From positions 208,376-272,375 of the forward strand of contig JBJOMY010000005.1 of the NCBI GenBank assembly GCA_046052125.1: 64,000 nt of DNA, given 5' to 3'. Below the pieces are notes generated by a model. That model worked only from the letters and a program-made list of their open reading frames with translations, was not told the DNA's origin and searched no databases. The first letter of the stretch is position 1, and every line of letters starts with the position of its first letter. Positions 1-9,230 of this stretch are shown piece after piece. The translations under genes were made by a program, and so were the position numbers. Source of the DNA: Cyanobacteriota bacterium (GTDB lineage Bacteria; Cyanobacteriota; Cyanobacteriia; PCC-6307; Cyanobiaceae).

Positions 1-596
1 CCGAAGCAGGTGAGCAGCTCGGCAAGGTGCTCGGCTTCAGCTTCGACATCGAAACCGGCGAACTCACCTCCCTGGTGCTCGGGGCGCTCGGGATTCCGCT
101 GCTGGGCGAAGGGGTGCTGAGCACCTGGGAGCTCACGGTGGAGGAAATCGTGAGCAGCGGCCCGGATCGGATCATCGTGTACGAGGGCGCGGAAGAGAAG
201 CTCAAGCAGCTGGGCACCGGGCTGCTGGAGAAGCTCGGCGTGGGCGGCCCCAGCTGGGAGCAGGAGGAGCGCGAGCGCTACCGGCTCAACATGGTGCCGG
301 TGGAAAACCAGTTGGCCGCCGGCCAGCCCAGCGTTCAGGAGCAGCAGCGCCGGATCGAACCGGCCACCAACCGCCGCTTTGAACCGGAAGAGGACTACGA
401 CTACGTGGAAGTGGAGCAGCGCCGCGAGCGCGAACCGCTGCGCCAGCGCCGCTACCTTGATGAGGAGCCCATGGATCCGCAGCCCCGCCGCGGCTACGAG
501 CAGGAAGCGCCGCGCCGCCGCTATGTGCGCGACGAAGGGCCCCTGGATGTGGAGCCCATCGAAAGCCAAGCCCCCCGTGATGCCGACCGCTGGTAA
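1..596 (+). CDS. PRC-barrel domain protein, 5'-truncated by window edge
   Basis: Frame open from position 3 (EAGEQLGKVLGFSFDIETGEL...) with a PRC-barrel-like pattern and an acidic/Arg-rich tail; stop at 596. Confidence 0.8.
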   Translation, partial: EAGEQLGKVLGFSFDIETGELTSLVLGALGIPLLGEGVLSTWELTVEEIVSSGPDRIIVYEGAEEKLKQLGTGLLEKLGVGGPSWEQEERERYRLNMVPVENQLAAGQPSVQEQQRRIEPATNRRFEPEEDYDYVEVEQRREREPLRQRRYLDEEPMDPQPRRGYEQEAPRRRYVRDEGPLDVEPIESQAPRDADRW

Positions 597-614
597 GCGC
601 GGTCGGCCCTGCGA

Positions 615-1022
615 TCAGCCCTGAGCCGGCTCGAAATTGAGCGACGCGGAGTTCACGCAGTAACGCAGGCCCGTGGGGTTCGGGCCGTCGTTGAACACGT
701 GCCCCAGGTGGGCATCGCAGTTGGCGCACTTGATCTCCGTGCGCACCATGCCGTGGCTGCGATCCTCAACGGTGGTGATCGCTTCCGGCTTCACCCCTTC
801 CCAGAAGCTGGGCCAGCCGCTGCCGGAGTCGTATTTGGTGTTGGAGCTGAACAGCTCACTGCCGCAACACACGCAGCGGTACATCCCCTTGGCCTTGTTG
901 TCCCAATAGATGCCGGTGAAGGCGCGCTCGGTGCCGCCCAGCCGGGCGACTTGGAACTGCTCGGGGGAGAGCTTGTCGCGCCACTGCTCGTTGTTGGAAG
1001 CGTTGGGCGTGGCGTCAGCCAT
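615..1022 (-). CDS. msrB: Peptide-methionine (R)-S-oxide reductase
   Basis: [27 protein letters not shown] motifs and two CxxC pairs. Confidence 0.97.
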   Translation of the reverse strand: MADATPNASNNEQWRDKLSPEQFQVARLGGTERAFTGIYWDNKAKGMYRCVCCGSELFSSNTKYDSGSGWPSFWEGVKPEAITTVEDRSHGMVRTEIKCANCDAHLGHVFNDGPNPTGLRYCVNSASLNFEPAQG

Positions 1023-1047
1023 GGCAGGGATTCAGCGGATCCACAAG

Positions 1048-2331
1048 TTAGGGAGCCGGTAGGAGCTCCCGCACCATGGCCGCCAGGGCCGCCACGGCAC
1101 CCGGCTGGCCGCGGAGGCTGCGCAGGTCATCGCGCATGCCCTCCAGGCGCGCTGGTTGATCCAACCAGTCGGCTGCTTCCGCTGCAATTTCCTGCGGGGT
1201 GATCGGCCCCACACGCTCGGGCACCACCATCCGCCCCGCCGAAATATTGGGCCAGGCCAGGAACCCGTGGTGACGCATCCGCCAGGCGGTGAGTGCCATG
1301 CCCAGCAGCCGGCGCAACAGCGGCAGGCGCGCCAACAGGCCGATACCGCCATCCCAAGCCTGCATCACATGCAGGTGCTGGGTGGGCACCAACACAATCA
1401 TCGGAATCCCCAGGGCTCCGAGCTCGGCGGTGTTCGCCCCCACGGTGGTTAGCGCCAGGCGGCACTGGCTGAGCACCCCATGGGCCGGCTGCTGTTCGAT
1501 CAGCAGGATGCGTGTGCCCTTGGCGCTCACGAACTCAAGCCCTTGTTCACCCCGGTGCACGGATGGCTCACCTGCGCTGTAGTGGCGAGCGATCGGATTG
1601 GCCTCACTGGCGTAAGCCAACAGCTCCTGCACGCTGGTGGTGGGAGCCACCGGCAACAAAAACCTGCACTCGGGGCGCTGAGCTGCCAAGCGATCAGCGG
1701 TGTCGAGCAGGAACGGCACGCCCACCTGCAACTTGGCGCGTTTCGAACCGGGCAACAGCGCCAACCAATCGCCGGCCGGCAGTGGCTGCTCGCTGCGCGC
1801 TGAGTCCGAGAGATCCGCCATCAGATCGCCCACCACCTCGCAGCGGCTGCGCCAACGGCTGCTCAGGCGATCGGCCGCTGCGGGCCCCATGGCAGCAATG
1901 CGGTCGTTCCAGCGGGGCCAGCGAGCCACCCACTCGGCATAGGTGATGTGCCGGTAGCCAAGACGCGCTGAAAGCAGCACCGTCCAGAACTGATCGCCCC
2001 CTAGAAACACCACCACACCCCGGCGCGGCCAGGGGCCGTAGCGCCGCGGGCGCAGCAGCAGCCACCAGAAGCGAGCGGCCGGAATGATCCGCTCAAACAG
2101 ACCCATGCCCGCGGCCACCCGGTGCTCTGTGCCGGTGGCATTGGGACAGGGCACCAACACCAGCTGCAGACCTGTGGCTGCACCCGTCTGAGACGGGCGC
2201 AGCGGCAATTCACTGCTCAGGCGTTGGGCCAATGGGCGGACCCAGGTGCTCAGCTCACCGGGGCCGTTGCACACGAGAACGATCGCGGCCTGCTCTGTGC
2301 CCGAATCGTTGGAAGGAGGGCAGCTCAGCAC
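1048..2331 (-). CDS. Lipid-A-disaccharide synthase-like (LpxB-related) glycosyltransferase
   Basis: NGPGE N-terminal motif, ALLPGSK, GANTAELGALGIPM, LAWPNI; start uncertain. Confidence 0.75.
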   Translation of the reverse strand: MLSCPPSNDSGTEQAAIVLVCNGPGELSTWVRPLAQRLSSELPLRPSQTGAATGLQLVLVPCPNATGTEHRVAAGMGLFERIIPAARFWWLLLRPRRYGPWPRRGVVVFLGGDQFWTVLLSARLGYRHITYAEWVARWPRWNDRIAAMGPAAADRLSSRWRSRCEVVGDLMADLSDSARSEQPLPAGDWLALLPGSKRAKLQVGVPFLLDTADRLAAQRPECRFLLPVAPTTSVQELLAYASEANPIARHYSAGEPSVHRGEQGLEFVSAKGTRILLIEQQPAHGVLSQCRLALTTVGANTAELGALGIPMIVLVPTQHLHVMQAWDGGIGLLARLPLLRRLLGMALTAWRMRHHGFLAWPNISAGRMVVPERVGPITPQEIAAEAADWLDQPARLEGMRDDLRSLRGQPGAVAALAAMVRELLPAP

Positions 2332-2348
2332 CGGAGAGCAGCCAAGAA

Positions 2349-2430
2349 TGCGGATGGCGAGACTTGAACTCGCAAGACCGAAGTCACACGCCCCTCAAAC
2401 GTGCGTGTCTACCAATTCCACCACATCCGC
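2349..2430 (-). tRNA. tRNA-Leu (anticodon GAG)
   Basis: Minus strand GCGGATGTGGTGGAATTGGTAGACACGCACGTTTGAGGGGCGTGTGACTTCGGTCTTGCGAGTTCAAGTCTCGCCATCCGCA: cloverleaf with long variable arm and GTTCAA T-loop; CCA not encoded. Confidence 0.97.
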
Positions 2431-2552
2431 GTGGTTGTGAGCTGAGCAACGCCAGGCGCGCTTCACTCGGGTTGGGGTCGTCTACAAGCGTTTGGCCGCA
2501 AGGGCGTTGGCTGCAGGCGTGAGGGATTGCGGTGCCTGAGCTCCGCCCCGGA

Positions 2553-2558
2553 ACTATA
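2553..2558 (-). promoter_or_regulatory. Candidate -10 element (TATAGT) for tRNA-Leu
   Basis: TATAGT on minus strand ~120 nt upstream of the mature tRNA. Confidence 0.45.
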
Positions 2559-2593
2559 CCCATCAGCCCGGCGCAAATCTGCCTGGTCAGCAC

Positions 2594-2602
2594 TGATACA
2601 GT
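2594..2602 (+). promoter_or_regulatory. Candidate extended -10 promoter (TGaTACAGT) for accC
   Basis: TGnTAnnnT about 40 nt before the accC ATG. Confidence 0.45.
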
Positions 2603-2644
2603 CCCCAGTGGCCTGCGCTGCCGGATCTGCCGGCCTGCCACTGG

Positions 2645-3997
2645 ATGCCCATCGGCAAACTGCTGATCGCCAACCGTGGCGAAATCGCTCTGCGCATCTT
2701 GCGCACCTGCCGCGAACTCGGCATTCCCACTGTGGCTGTGTACAGCACGGTGGATCGCAATGCCCTGCACGTGCAGCTCGCCGATGAGGCGGTGTGCATC
2801 GGCGATGCACCCAGCAGCAAGAGCTACCTCAATATCCCCAACATCCTGGCGGCAGCCACCTCGCGGGGAGCTGACGCCATTCATCCGGGCTACGGCTTCC
2901 TGGCAGAAAACGACAAGTTCGCCGAAATCTGCGCTGCCCACGGCATCACCTTTGTGGGGCCCTCGCCGGAATCGATCCGCTCGATGGGCGACAAGTCCAC
3001 GGCCAAGGCCACGATGCAGAGCGTGGGCGTGCCCACCATCCCAGGCAGCGAGGGCTTGCTGGAGAGCGTCGATGACGCCCGCAAGCTGGCCGAATCGATG
3101 GGCTATCCCGTGATGATCAAGGCCACCGCTGGCGGCGGCGGCCGTGGCATGCGCCTGGTGCCCAGCGCTGATCAACTCGACAACCTGTTCAAGGCCGCCC
3201 AGGGCGAAGCAGAAGCCGCCTTTGGCAACCCCGGCCTGTACATGGAGAAATTCATCGACAGGCCCCGGCACGTGGAAGTGCAGGTGCTCGCCGATCGCCA
3301 CGGCAACGTGGTGCATGTGGGCGAGCGCGATTGCTCGATCCAGCGCCGGCACCAGAAATTGCTGGAAGAAGCCCCCAGCGTGGCGATCAACGCCGACCTG
3401 CGAAAGCAAATGGGTGATGCGGCCGTGGCTGCCGCCCGCACGATCGGCTACGAGGGCGCCGGCACCGTGGAGTTCCTGGTGGATCGCAGCGGCAGCTTCT
3501 ATTTCATGGAGATGAACACCCGCATCCAGGTGGAGCACCCCGTCACCGAGATGGTCACCGGGGTCGACCTGATCGCCGAGCAGCTGCGCATCGCTGGTGG
3601 CGAGCCGATTTCTGTGAGACAGGACGAGATCAAGCTCACCGGCCATGCCATTGAGGTGCGCATCAACGCCGAAGATCCGCGCCAGAACTTCCGCCCCGCC
3701 CCCGGCAAGATCACCGGCTGGCTCCCCCCCGGCGGCCCAGGCGTTCGCTTCGACAGCCACGTGTACACGGGCTACGAGATCCCCCCCTTCTACGACTCAC
3801 TGATCGGCAAGCTGATCGTGTGGGGCACCGACCGTGAGCACGCCCTCAAACGGCTGCGCCGCGCCCTCTCGGAATGCGCCGTGACCGGCATTCCCACCAC
3901 GATCGATTTCCACCTGCAGCTGCTCGATCGGCCTGAGTTCCAGGCCGGCGACGTGCACACCAAATTCGTGGAGCAGGAAATGCTCCCGCCGGCCTAA
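2645..3997 (+). CDS. accC: Acetyl-CoA carboxylase, biotin carboxylase subunit
   Basis: [48 protein letters not shown]. Confidence 0.98.
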   Translation: MPIGKLLIANRGEIALRILRTCRELGIPTVAVYSTVDRNALHVQLADEAVCIGDAPSSKSYLNIPNILAAATSRGADAIHPGYGFLAENDKFAEICAAHGITFVGPSPESIRSMGDKSTAKATMQSVGVPTIPGSEGLLESVDDARKLAESMGYPVMIKATAGGGGRGMRLVPSADQLDNLFKAAQGEAEAAFGNPGLYMEKFIDRPRHVEVQVLADRHGNVVHVGERDCSIQRRHQKLLEEAPSVAINADLRKQMGDAAVAAARTIGYEGAGTVEFLVDRSGSFYFMEMNTRIQVEHPVTEMVTGVDLIAEQLRIAGGEPISVRQDEIKLTGHAIEVRINAEDPRQNFRPAPGKITGWLPPGGPGVRFDSHVYTGYEIPPFYDSLIGKLIVWGTDREHALKRLRRALSECAVTGIPTTIDFHLQLLDRPEFQAGDVHTKFVEQEMLPPA

Positions 3998-4338
3998 GCC
4001 GGAAGCACACTGGCTCGGATCATCACCTGGGTGATCAGCCCCTGCTGACCCACCAACAGTTCGCGCACCAGGCTGATCAGCCCCAGCCAGATCACCGGGG
4101 TTACATCCACCCCACCGATGGGCGCGATCAACCGGCGGGTGAACGCCAACAGCGGCTCGGTGGGAACAGCCACCACGCGCCACAGCCCCTGGGTCAGATC
4201 CACCTGGGGGTACCAGGTGAGCACGATCCGAAACAGGAACAGCAAGGTCCAGGCGGACAGCAGCACGCCCAGCACCAGGTGCACGGGCGGCAGGATCTGA
4301 CGCAACAACGCCAGGGTGTCAGCCTCGGATCCCGTCAC
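3994..4338 (-). CDS. YggT/Ycf19 family membrane protein
   Basis: FRIVLTWYP...TEPLL...[14 protein letters not shown] motif. Confidence 0.9.
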   Translation of the reverse strand: MTGSEADTLALLRQILPPVHLVLGVLLSAWTLLFLFRIVLTWYPQVDLTQGLWRVVAVPTEPLLAFTRRLIAPIGGVDVTPVIWLGLISLVRELLVGQQGLITQVMIRASVLPA

Positions 4339-4415
4339 AAAGCCCTAAGCAGCGGTGAACGGATCGTAGGAAGCGGCGATCACTGCCTAGGATCCCCAGC
4401 GGATTCGTCACTGCC

Positions 4416-4538
4416 ATGACCCCCTCCCTCGCCAACTTCCTGAGCAGCCTCGCGTGGGGCGCGGTGATCGTGGTGGTTCCCATCACGGCGGCTGTGATTC
4501 TGATCAGCCAGAACGATCGGGTCGACCGCAAGCTCTGA
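4416..4538 (+). CDS. psbX: Photosystem II reaction centre protein X (not in ORF track)
   Basis: Translated by hand: [40 protein letters not shown]; lies upstream of ycf66. Confidence 0.95.
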   Translation: MTPSLANFLSSLAWGAVIVVVPITAAVILISQNDRVDRKL

Positions 4539-4613
4539 TCGCCCCAGCTGGAGCGGGCGCCTGATGAGGCCTCGACTCCAGCCCTAAAGTGGCTCAAAAG
4601 CGCGCAGCGATCC

Positions 4614-5537
4614 GTGGTCAACGCCAGCCTGAATTGGGCGAGCATTGTTGGGATCGTTTTGGCCGTTGGCGGTGCATTCCTCTATTTCATGAGGAATTTC
4701 AAGCCAGCCCTGGCCCGCGATTACGACGTTTTCTTTGCCGCCGTGGGCTTGCTCTGCGGCGGCATCTTGTTTTTCCAGGGCTGGCGCCTGGATCCGATCC
4801 TGCAGTTCGGTCAGTTTCTGCTCGCCGGCACCACGGTGTTCTTCGCTTACGAGAGCGTGCGCCTGCGGGGGGTGACCACCGAGCAGGCCAGGCGTTCCTC
4901 GTTCTTCGAGGACGACGAGCCCCTGCCAAAACCCCGCATGGGCGGTGGCCGCGACTGGCGCGATGACGTTGATCGCTTCGATGAGCCCCAACCGCTGCGG
5001 CGCCGGATCCGCTCCCGCGAGGACGGCTATGGCGAGCGCGAGGACGACGACCTCTACCGCCCCCGCCGCGCCCCGGCTCGTGCAGCCATTCCCGAGCGGG
5101 CAGCATCCCGCGATGAGTGGGGCAGCCGCGCTGACGAACGCGACTCGCGATCTGCTTCAGGCCGCGACGCCGGCCCCGCCCCCAGCCGCTTCCGCGCCGG
5201 CAGTGCACCAGCTGAAGTCTCCGGCCGTGAATTTGGCGCTCGCCGCCAGGGCCGCGAAGAGACGCGCCGTGGCTCCAGGCCGGCTGCCTCCAGCGACGAC
5301 ATGCCCCGCTCCAGCCGTCGCCCTGCAGCAACGGCGGATCGGCCAACGGATCGCCCAGCCGGCGTTCCTCAAGGTGCGCCCTATCGCCCCCAGAACCCTG
5401 CCGCGCCAGGGTCTGCTCCTTCCGCTAGCGATGCCGGCGTAAGCGATGCCGAGTTCCGCCCCATCCCACCCTCCAGCCGCGGCGGCGGCCCCGGTGGTGC
5501 TGCACCGCGCGACAACAGCTCCCGCTTCGACGACTAA
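4614..5537 (+). CDS. ycf66: Ycf66 family protein
   Basis: LARDYDVFFAAVGLLCGGILFFQGWRLDPILQFGQ followed by a low-complexity tail. Confidence 0.93.
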   Translation: MVNASLNWASIVGIVLAVGGAFLYFMRNFKPALARDYDVFFAAVGLLCGGILFFQGWRLDPILQFGQFLLAGTTVFFAYESVRLRGVTTEQARRSSFFEDDEPLPKPRMGGGRDWRDDVDRFDEPQPLRRRIRSREDGYGEREDDDLYRPRRAPARAAIPERAASRDEWGSRADERDSRSASGRDAGPAPSRFRAGSAPAEVSGREFGARRQGREETRRGSRPAASSDDMPRSSRRPAATADRPTDRPAGVPQGAPYRPQNPAAPGSAPSASDAGVSDAEFRPIPPSSRGGGPGGAAPRDNSSRFDD

Positions 5538-6078
5538 ACACCTGCTGCCCCTGGCCTGTGTGCTCGGCCTGGCGCTGAGCAGCTGTGCCCTGATGCCATT
5601 GCGTCGTCAACCGTCAGCCCCCACTGGCCTTGGGGCTGAATCACGCCAGCAACCCGCCCTCAGCGGCGACGGCAGGTTGCTGGCCTCTCTTGTGGAACGG
5701 GCTGGCCGCACCACGGTGCTGCTTCAGGAGCGCCAGAGCGGCAGGGTTTTGCCGTTGCGCCATCTGCGCAATCGCCAACCCCACAGCTCTCCCTCCCTGA
5801 GCTGGAACGGTCGGTATCTGGCCGTGGTGGTGCAGCAGGGAGGACGGCGTCAGGCAGTGATTGAAGATCGCGCCACGGGCCAACAGCACCCGCTGTTCCT
5901 GCCCGCTGGCCAGGAACCTCAGCAGCTCAGCCTGGCGCCCGATGGGCAAAGCATTGCTCTCGAGCTGATCCAATCAGGCAGCCAAAGGCTGCAGCTCTTC
6001 AGCCTGAGCGCCATGTTGGAACCGGACCGGCCTCCAGGGCTCCGCGAGAGCGGAGGCGGCCCGAGCGCTCAACCATGA
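5497..6078 (+). CDS. TolB-like (PD40/WD40-like repeat) lipoprotein; start uncertain
   Basis: Lipobox LALSSC; repeats PALSGDGR, PSLSWNGR, LSLAPDGQ. Confidence 0.75.
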   Translation: MLHRATTAPASTTKHLLPLACVLGLALSSCALMPLRRQPSAPTGLGAESRQQPALSGDGRLLASLVERAGRTTVLLQERQSGRVLPLRHLRNRQPHSSPSLSWNGRYLAVVVQQGGRRQAVIEDRATGQQHPLFLPAGQEPQQLSLAPDGQSIALELIQSGSQRLQLFSLSAMLEPDRPPGLRESGGGPSAQP

Positions 6079-6560
6079 GAGCGCTGAGCCTGCTGGCCGC
6101 CACAGGAACGGCGGGCTTGCTGCTGGTGGGCTGCCAGGGCGGGCTGCAACCGCTGCCGGGTCTTAACCAGCAGCTGAGCCGGCTTGGGGAGAGCCAAAGC
6201 CCATCGCTCGCCAGCGACTGGTTGGCCTTGATTGCCACGCGGCCAGGAGGACGCGCACAGGTGCAGCTGATCGATCGGCGCCGCAATGCACCGGTGCCGC
6301 TCCTGGGATTGAACCGGCCCGACAGCCTGCCGATCAGCGTGGCGGTCGACCAGCGGGGCGAACACCTGGCCGTCGTGCGGCAGCGCGATGACCGCAGTGA
6401 ACTCGTGCTCTACCGCCGCTCCATTCAGGCGACCCAGCTGGTGCCCATCGAACCCGCCGGGGTGCCGAGCCGGGTGACTATCAGCGCCGATGGGCGGGTG
6501 CTGGCGGTGGAGGTGAGCCGTTCTGGGCTCTGGCAAGTGGATCTGCTGGAGCTGCCCTAA
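6075..6560 (+). CDS. Second TolB-like repeat lipoprotein
   Basis: Lipobox LLVGC; SPSLAS, VAVDQRGE, TISADGR repeats; ATGA overlap with the upstream gene. Confidence 0.75.
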   Translation: MRALSLLAATGTAGLLLVGCQGGLQPLPGLNQQLSRLGESQSPSLASDWLALIATRPGGRAQVQLIDRRRNAPVPLLGLNRPDSLPISVAVDQRGEHLAVVRQRDDRSELVLYRRSIQATQLVPIEPAGVPSRVTISADGRVLAVEVSRSGLWQVDLLELP

Positions 6561-6572
6561 GCGGCAGGGCGC

Positions 6573-6764
6573 TCAACCCACAAAGCCAGCCCAGCGCAGG
6601 AAGGACTCGCCACTGATCGCCTCCACGGCCAGCACGGCCACAAAGCCCACCATGGCGAAACGGCCATTCACGCGCTCGGCATAGCCGCTCCAGCCAAAGG
6701 CGGGAACATCGTTGGTGGTGGCGCTGGTGGCGGGGCTGGCGGGAGCTTCAGAGGTGCTGGTCAT
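6573..6764 (-). CDS. hli: High-light-inducible protein (CAB/ELIP/HLIP)
   Basis: AERVNGRFAMVGF chlorophyll-binding motif. Confidence 0.93.
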   Translation of the reverse strand: MTSTSEAPASPATSATTNDVPAFGWSGYAERVNGRFAMVGFVAVLAVEAISGESFLRWAGFVG

Positions 6765-6771
6765 CGCGGAA

Positions 6772-8757
6772 TCAGACGCCGGAGTTGAAGGTATAGCTGG
6801 CGGCGGGCATCAGCTTCCAACCGCCCTGCCCATCGAGCTCGAGCACAAGGTTGTGAAAGCTCTTGAGGGTGGGGCGGTGACCCACGCTTACAAACGCCAT
6901 CTCGCGCTGGGCCAGCAGCTCGTAGAGATGCTGCTCGGTGTTCACGTCCAAAGCGCTGGTGGCCTCGTCGAGCACCACGAAGCGAGGCGAGTTGAGCAGC
7001 AGCCGGGCGAAGGCCAGGCGCTGCTGCTCACCGAGCGACAGCAGCCGCGGCCAGTCCTGCTTGATCTCGAAATCCGGGTAGCGCTGCACCAGGGCCCCGA
7101 GCCGCACCTCTTCCAGCACGCTGCGCAGGTGCTCATCGCTGAAGCGCTGCGGATCCTGGGGGTAACAAAGCTGCTCCCTGAGGCTACCCAGAATCATGTA
7201 GGGCTTCTGGGGAATGAACAGCAGCTCGGAGAGCGGCGGCCGCTCCACCTCGCCCGCGGCGGGAGGCCACAGGCCACTCACCAACCGCAGAAACGAGGTT
7301 TTGCCGCAGCCACTGGGGCCCACCACCAACACCCGCTGGCTGGCAGCCACCTCCAGGCTCAGGTCGCGGATCAAGCGGCGATCACTACCGGGCGGCACCA
7401 GATCCACATGGCGCACCAACAGCGACTGAGCTGAGCGCGAAGCGTCATCCGCCAACAGATCGCGCTGGGCTTCAGAGCGGTTGATCGCTTCCACCTTGCC
7501 CTGGAAGCCTTCAAGACGACTGATCGAAGCGCTGAAGGCAGCCAAGCGATCGATGTTGTTCACGATGTAACTCACCGAGAACAGCACCTGAGAGAAGGCG
7601 ATGCTGGCCTGACCAAACACACCAAAATCAACCTCCTTCGCGAAGTAGATCGGCGCAATCACAAGCCAGGGCAAAAAGCGGGAGAAGTAGTCGTAGGAGC
7701 GCTGAATCACGCTAATCAACGCCTCCCAGACAATCAACTTGTCGTAGTTACGGATCGCTCCATCGAGCCGGCGCTCAGCTTCGCGGGATTCCTGCTGCTC
7801 CCCGCGATAAAAGGCAATTGATTCCGCGTTATCGCGGATATGCACCAAGCCGTAGCGGAAATCGGCCTCGAGGCGGAGCTGGTCGTAGTTGAGGGCCACC
7901 AGTTTGCGGCTGGCAAACACAATCACGGCCGTACCGCCCACCGAATAAGCCAGCAGCCAAAGTGCCAAGGTGGTGCTGATGCTCCAAAGCACCACGATGA
8001 AGCTCACAAACGTGAGCAGTGCTGAAACGATCTCAACCGTGACGCTCAGGCTCGTGCCGGTAAAACTGGCTGCGTCCTGGGAGATCCGCTGATCGGGGTT
8101 ATCGATTTCCTCCGCGGTTTCGTCGTTGGGGTTGAGAACGTAGTACGCACGGTTCTGAAGATAGCGATTTAACAGTCGCCCGCTCAACCACTCACGCCAC
8201 AACAGCCCAAGCTTGGGAATTAAATAACTCTGCAGAGCCCGGATCGGTAGCGCCAACACCAGGCAGAAGGCGTAAATCGCCACCACCTGCCAAAACTCGT
8301 CGGCCTTATAGGCCACGAGCGTGTTATCCACATTGCGGGCGATATAACTAATGCCCACATTGATGCCGTTGATCACCAAGATCAGCAGCGTGATCACCCC
8401 CATCAACAGCCAGGGCAACCAGCGCCCCTGCCGCAATTTGCTGCGCAGCGCTCCGAAGCAGATCAGGCCTGCCACGAACAGCACCATCACCACCGGCCCA
8501 ACGGGGCTGGCCCAGATGGCGTTCACCTGCTGGGGCACACCTGGCAGGAAGCGGGCCTGCAGCTCAGGAATCAGGGCACCGCTGGCAGCCACCACGCCGG
8601 TGAGCAGCAGCAGCGTGCTGCCCACCACCACCGTCAGCAGGGCCAGGATCAGCAGCAGAAACTGCCAACCGCTGGTGTCTTCCACCGGCAGGAAGTAGGG
8701 CTGGGCAAGGCGCCGCAGCTTGCCGAGCTGACTGCGGAAGGCCTGCAGGGGGTTCAT
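6772..8757 (-). CDS. Fused ABC transporter permease/ATP-binding protein (ABCD/YddA-like)
   Basis: IDNPDQRI, EADFRYGLVHIRDNAESIAFY, Walker A GPSGCGKT, LSLGEQQR, LDEATSALD. Confidence 0.92.
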   Translation of the reverse strand: MNPLQAFRSQLGKLRRLAQPYFLPVEDTSGWQFLLLILALLTVVVGSTLLLLTGVVAASGALIPELQARFLPGVPQQVNAIWASPVGPVVMVLFVAGLICFGALRSKLRQGRWLPWLLMGVITLLILVINGINVGISYIARNVDNTLVAYKADEFWQVVAIYAFCLVLALPIRALQSYLIPKLGLLWREWLSGRLLNRYLQNRAYYVLNPNDETAEEIDNPDQRISQDAASFTGTSLSVTVEIVSALLTFVSFIVVLWSISTTLALWLLAYSVGGTAVIVFASRKLVALNYDQLRLEADFRYGLVHIRDNAESIAFYRGEQQESREAERRLDGAIRNYDKLIVWEALISVIQRSYDYFSRFLPWLVIAPIYFAKEVDFGVFGQASIAFSQVLFSVSYIVNNIDRLAAFSASISRLEGFQGKVEAINRSEAQRDLLADDASRSAQSLLVRHVDLVPPGSDRRLIRDLSLEVAASQRVLVVGPSGCGKTSFLRLVSGLWPPAAGEVERPPLSELLFIPQKPYMILGSLREQLCYPQDPQRFSDEHLRSVLEEVRLGALVQRYPDFEIKQDWPRLLSLGEQQRLAFARLLLNSPRFVVLDEATSALDVNTEQHLYELLAQREMAFVSVGHRPTLKSFHNLVLELDGQGGWKLMPAASYTFNSGV

Positions 8758-8795
8758 GAGGGCGTTCAGATCACCCCATTCTCACCGGCCCAGGC

Positions 8796-9158
8796 TCAAC
8801 CCGGCGGCCAGGCCAGGGAGCGCCCACCAATCACATGCACATGCAGATGGAACACCGTCTGTCCGGCCTCCGCACCGCTGTTGATCACCGTGCGGAAGGC
8901 CTCGAGGCCCTCCTGCCTCGCCACCTTGGCCGCCACCAGCAGGAGGTGCCCCAAGAGTTGCTCGTGAGCGGCCTCAGCCTCAAGCAGATTGACCACGTGC
9001 TCGCGGGGAATCACCAGGATGTGAACGGGCGCCTGGGGGGAGACATCGCGGAAGGCGATGCACTGGTCGTCGGCATACACCTGATCACAGGGGATCTCTC
9101 CACGCAGGATGCGCCCGAAAATCGTGTCGTTCTGCGGCGGTTGAGGGGATTCAGCCAT
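8796..9158 (-). CDS. HIT family nucleotide-binding protein
   Basis: GQTVFHLHVHVIGGR histidine triad. Confidence 0.95.
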   Translation of the reverse strand: MAESPQPPQNDTIFGRILRGEIPCDQVYADDQCIAFRDVSPQAPVHILVIPREHVVNLLEAEAAHEQLLGHLLLVAAKVARQEGLEAFRTVINSGAEAGQTVFHLHVHVIGGRSLAWPPG

Positions 9159-9230
9159 CAGCGGATGCAGGGGCAATCAAGGCGATGAAACAGCGGTGGC
9201 ATTCCACCCATGCCGGTTTCAGAGAGCCCG

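Noticed and set aside
2300..2430. tRNA-Leu as an integration site
   Set aside because: No integrase or duplicated 3' end seen; a host gene follows directly
2534..2550. Minus-strand CGGGGCGGAGCTCAG resembling a tRNA 5' end
   Set aside because: No D-loop GG, T-loop or acceptor complement follows
2384..3760. 458-aa ORF antisense to accC (similarly 33756-35231, 13754-14809, 37245-38342, 50177-51301)
   Set aside because: Shadow frames expected opposite GC3-rich genes; no recognisable motifs
4920..5537. Repetitive-looking ycf66 tail
   Set aside because: Low-complexity coding sequence without a regular repeat unit
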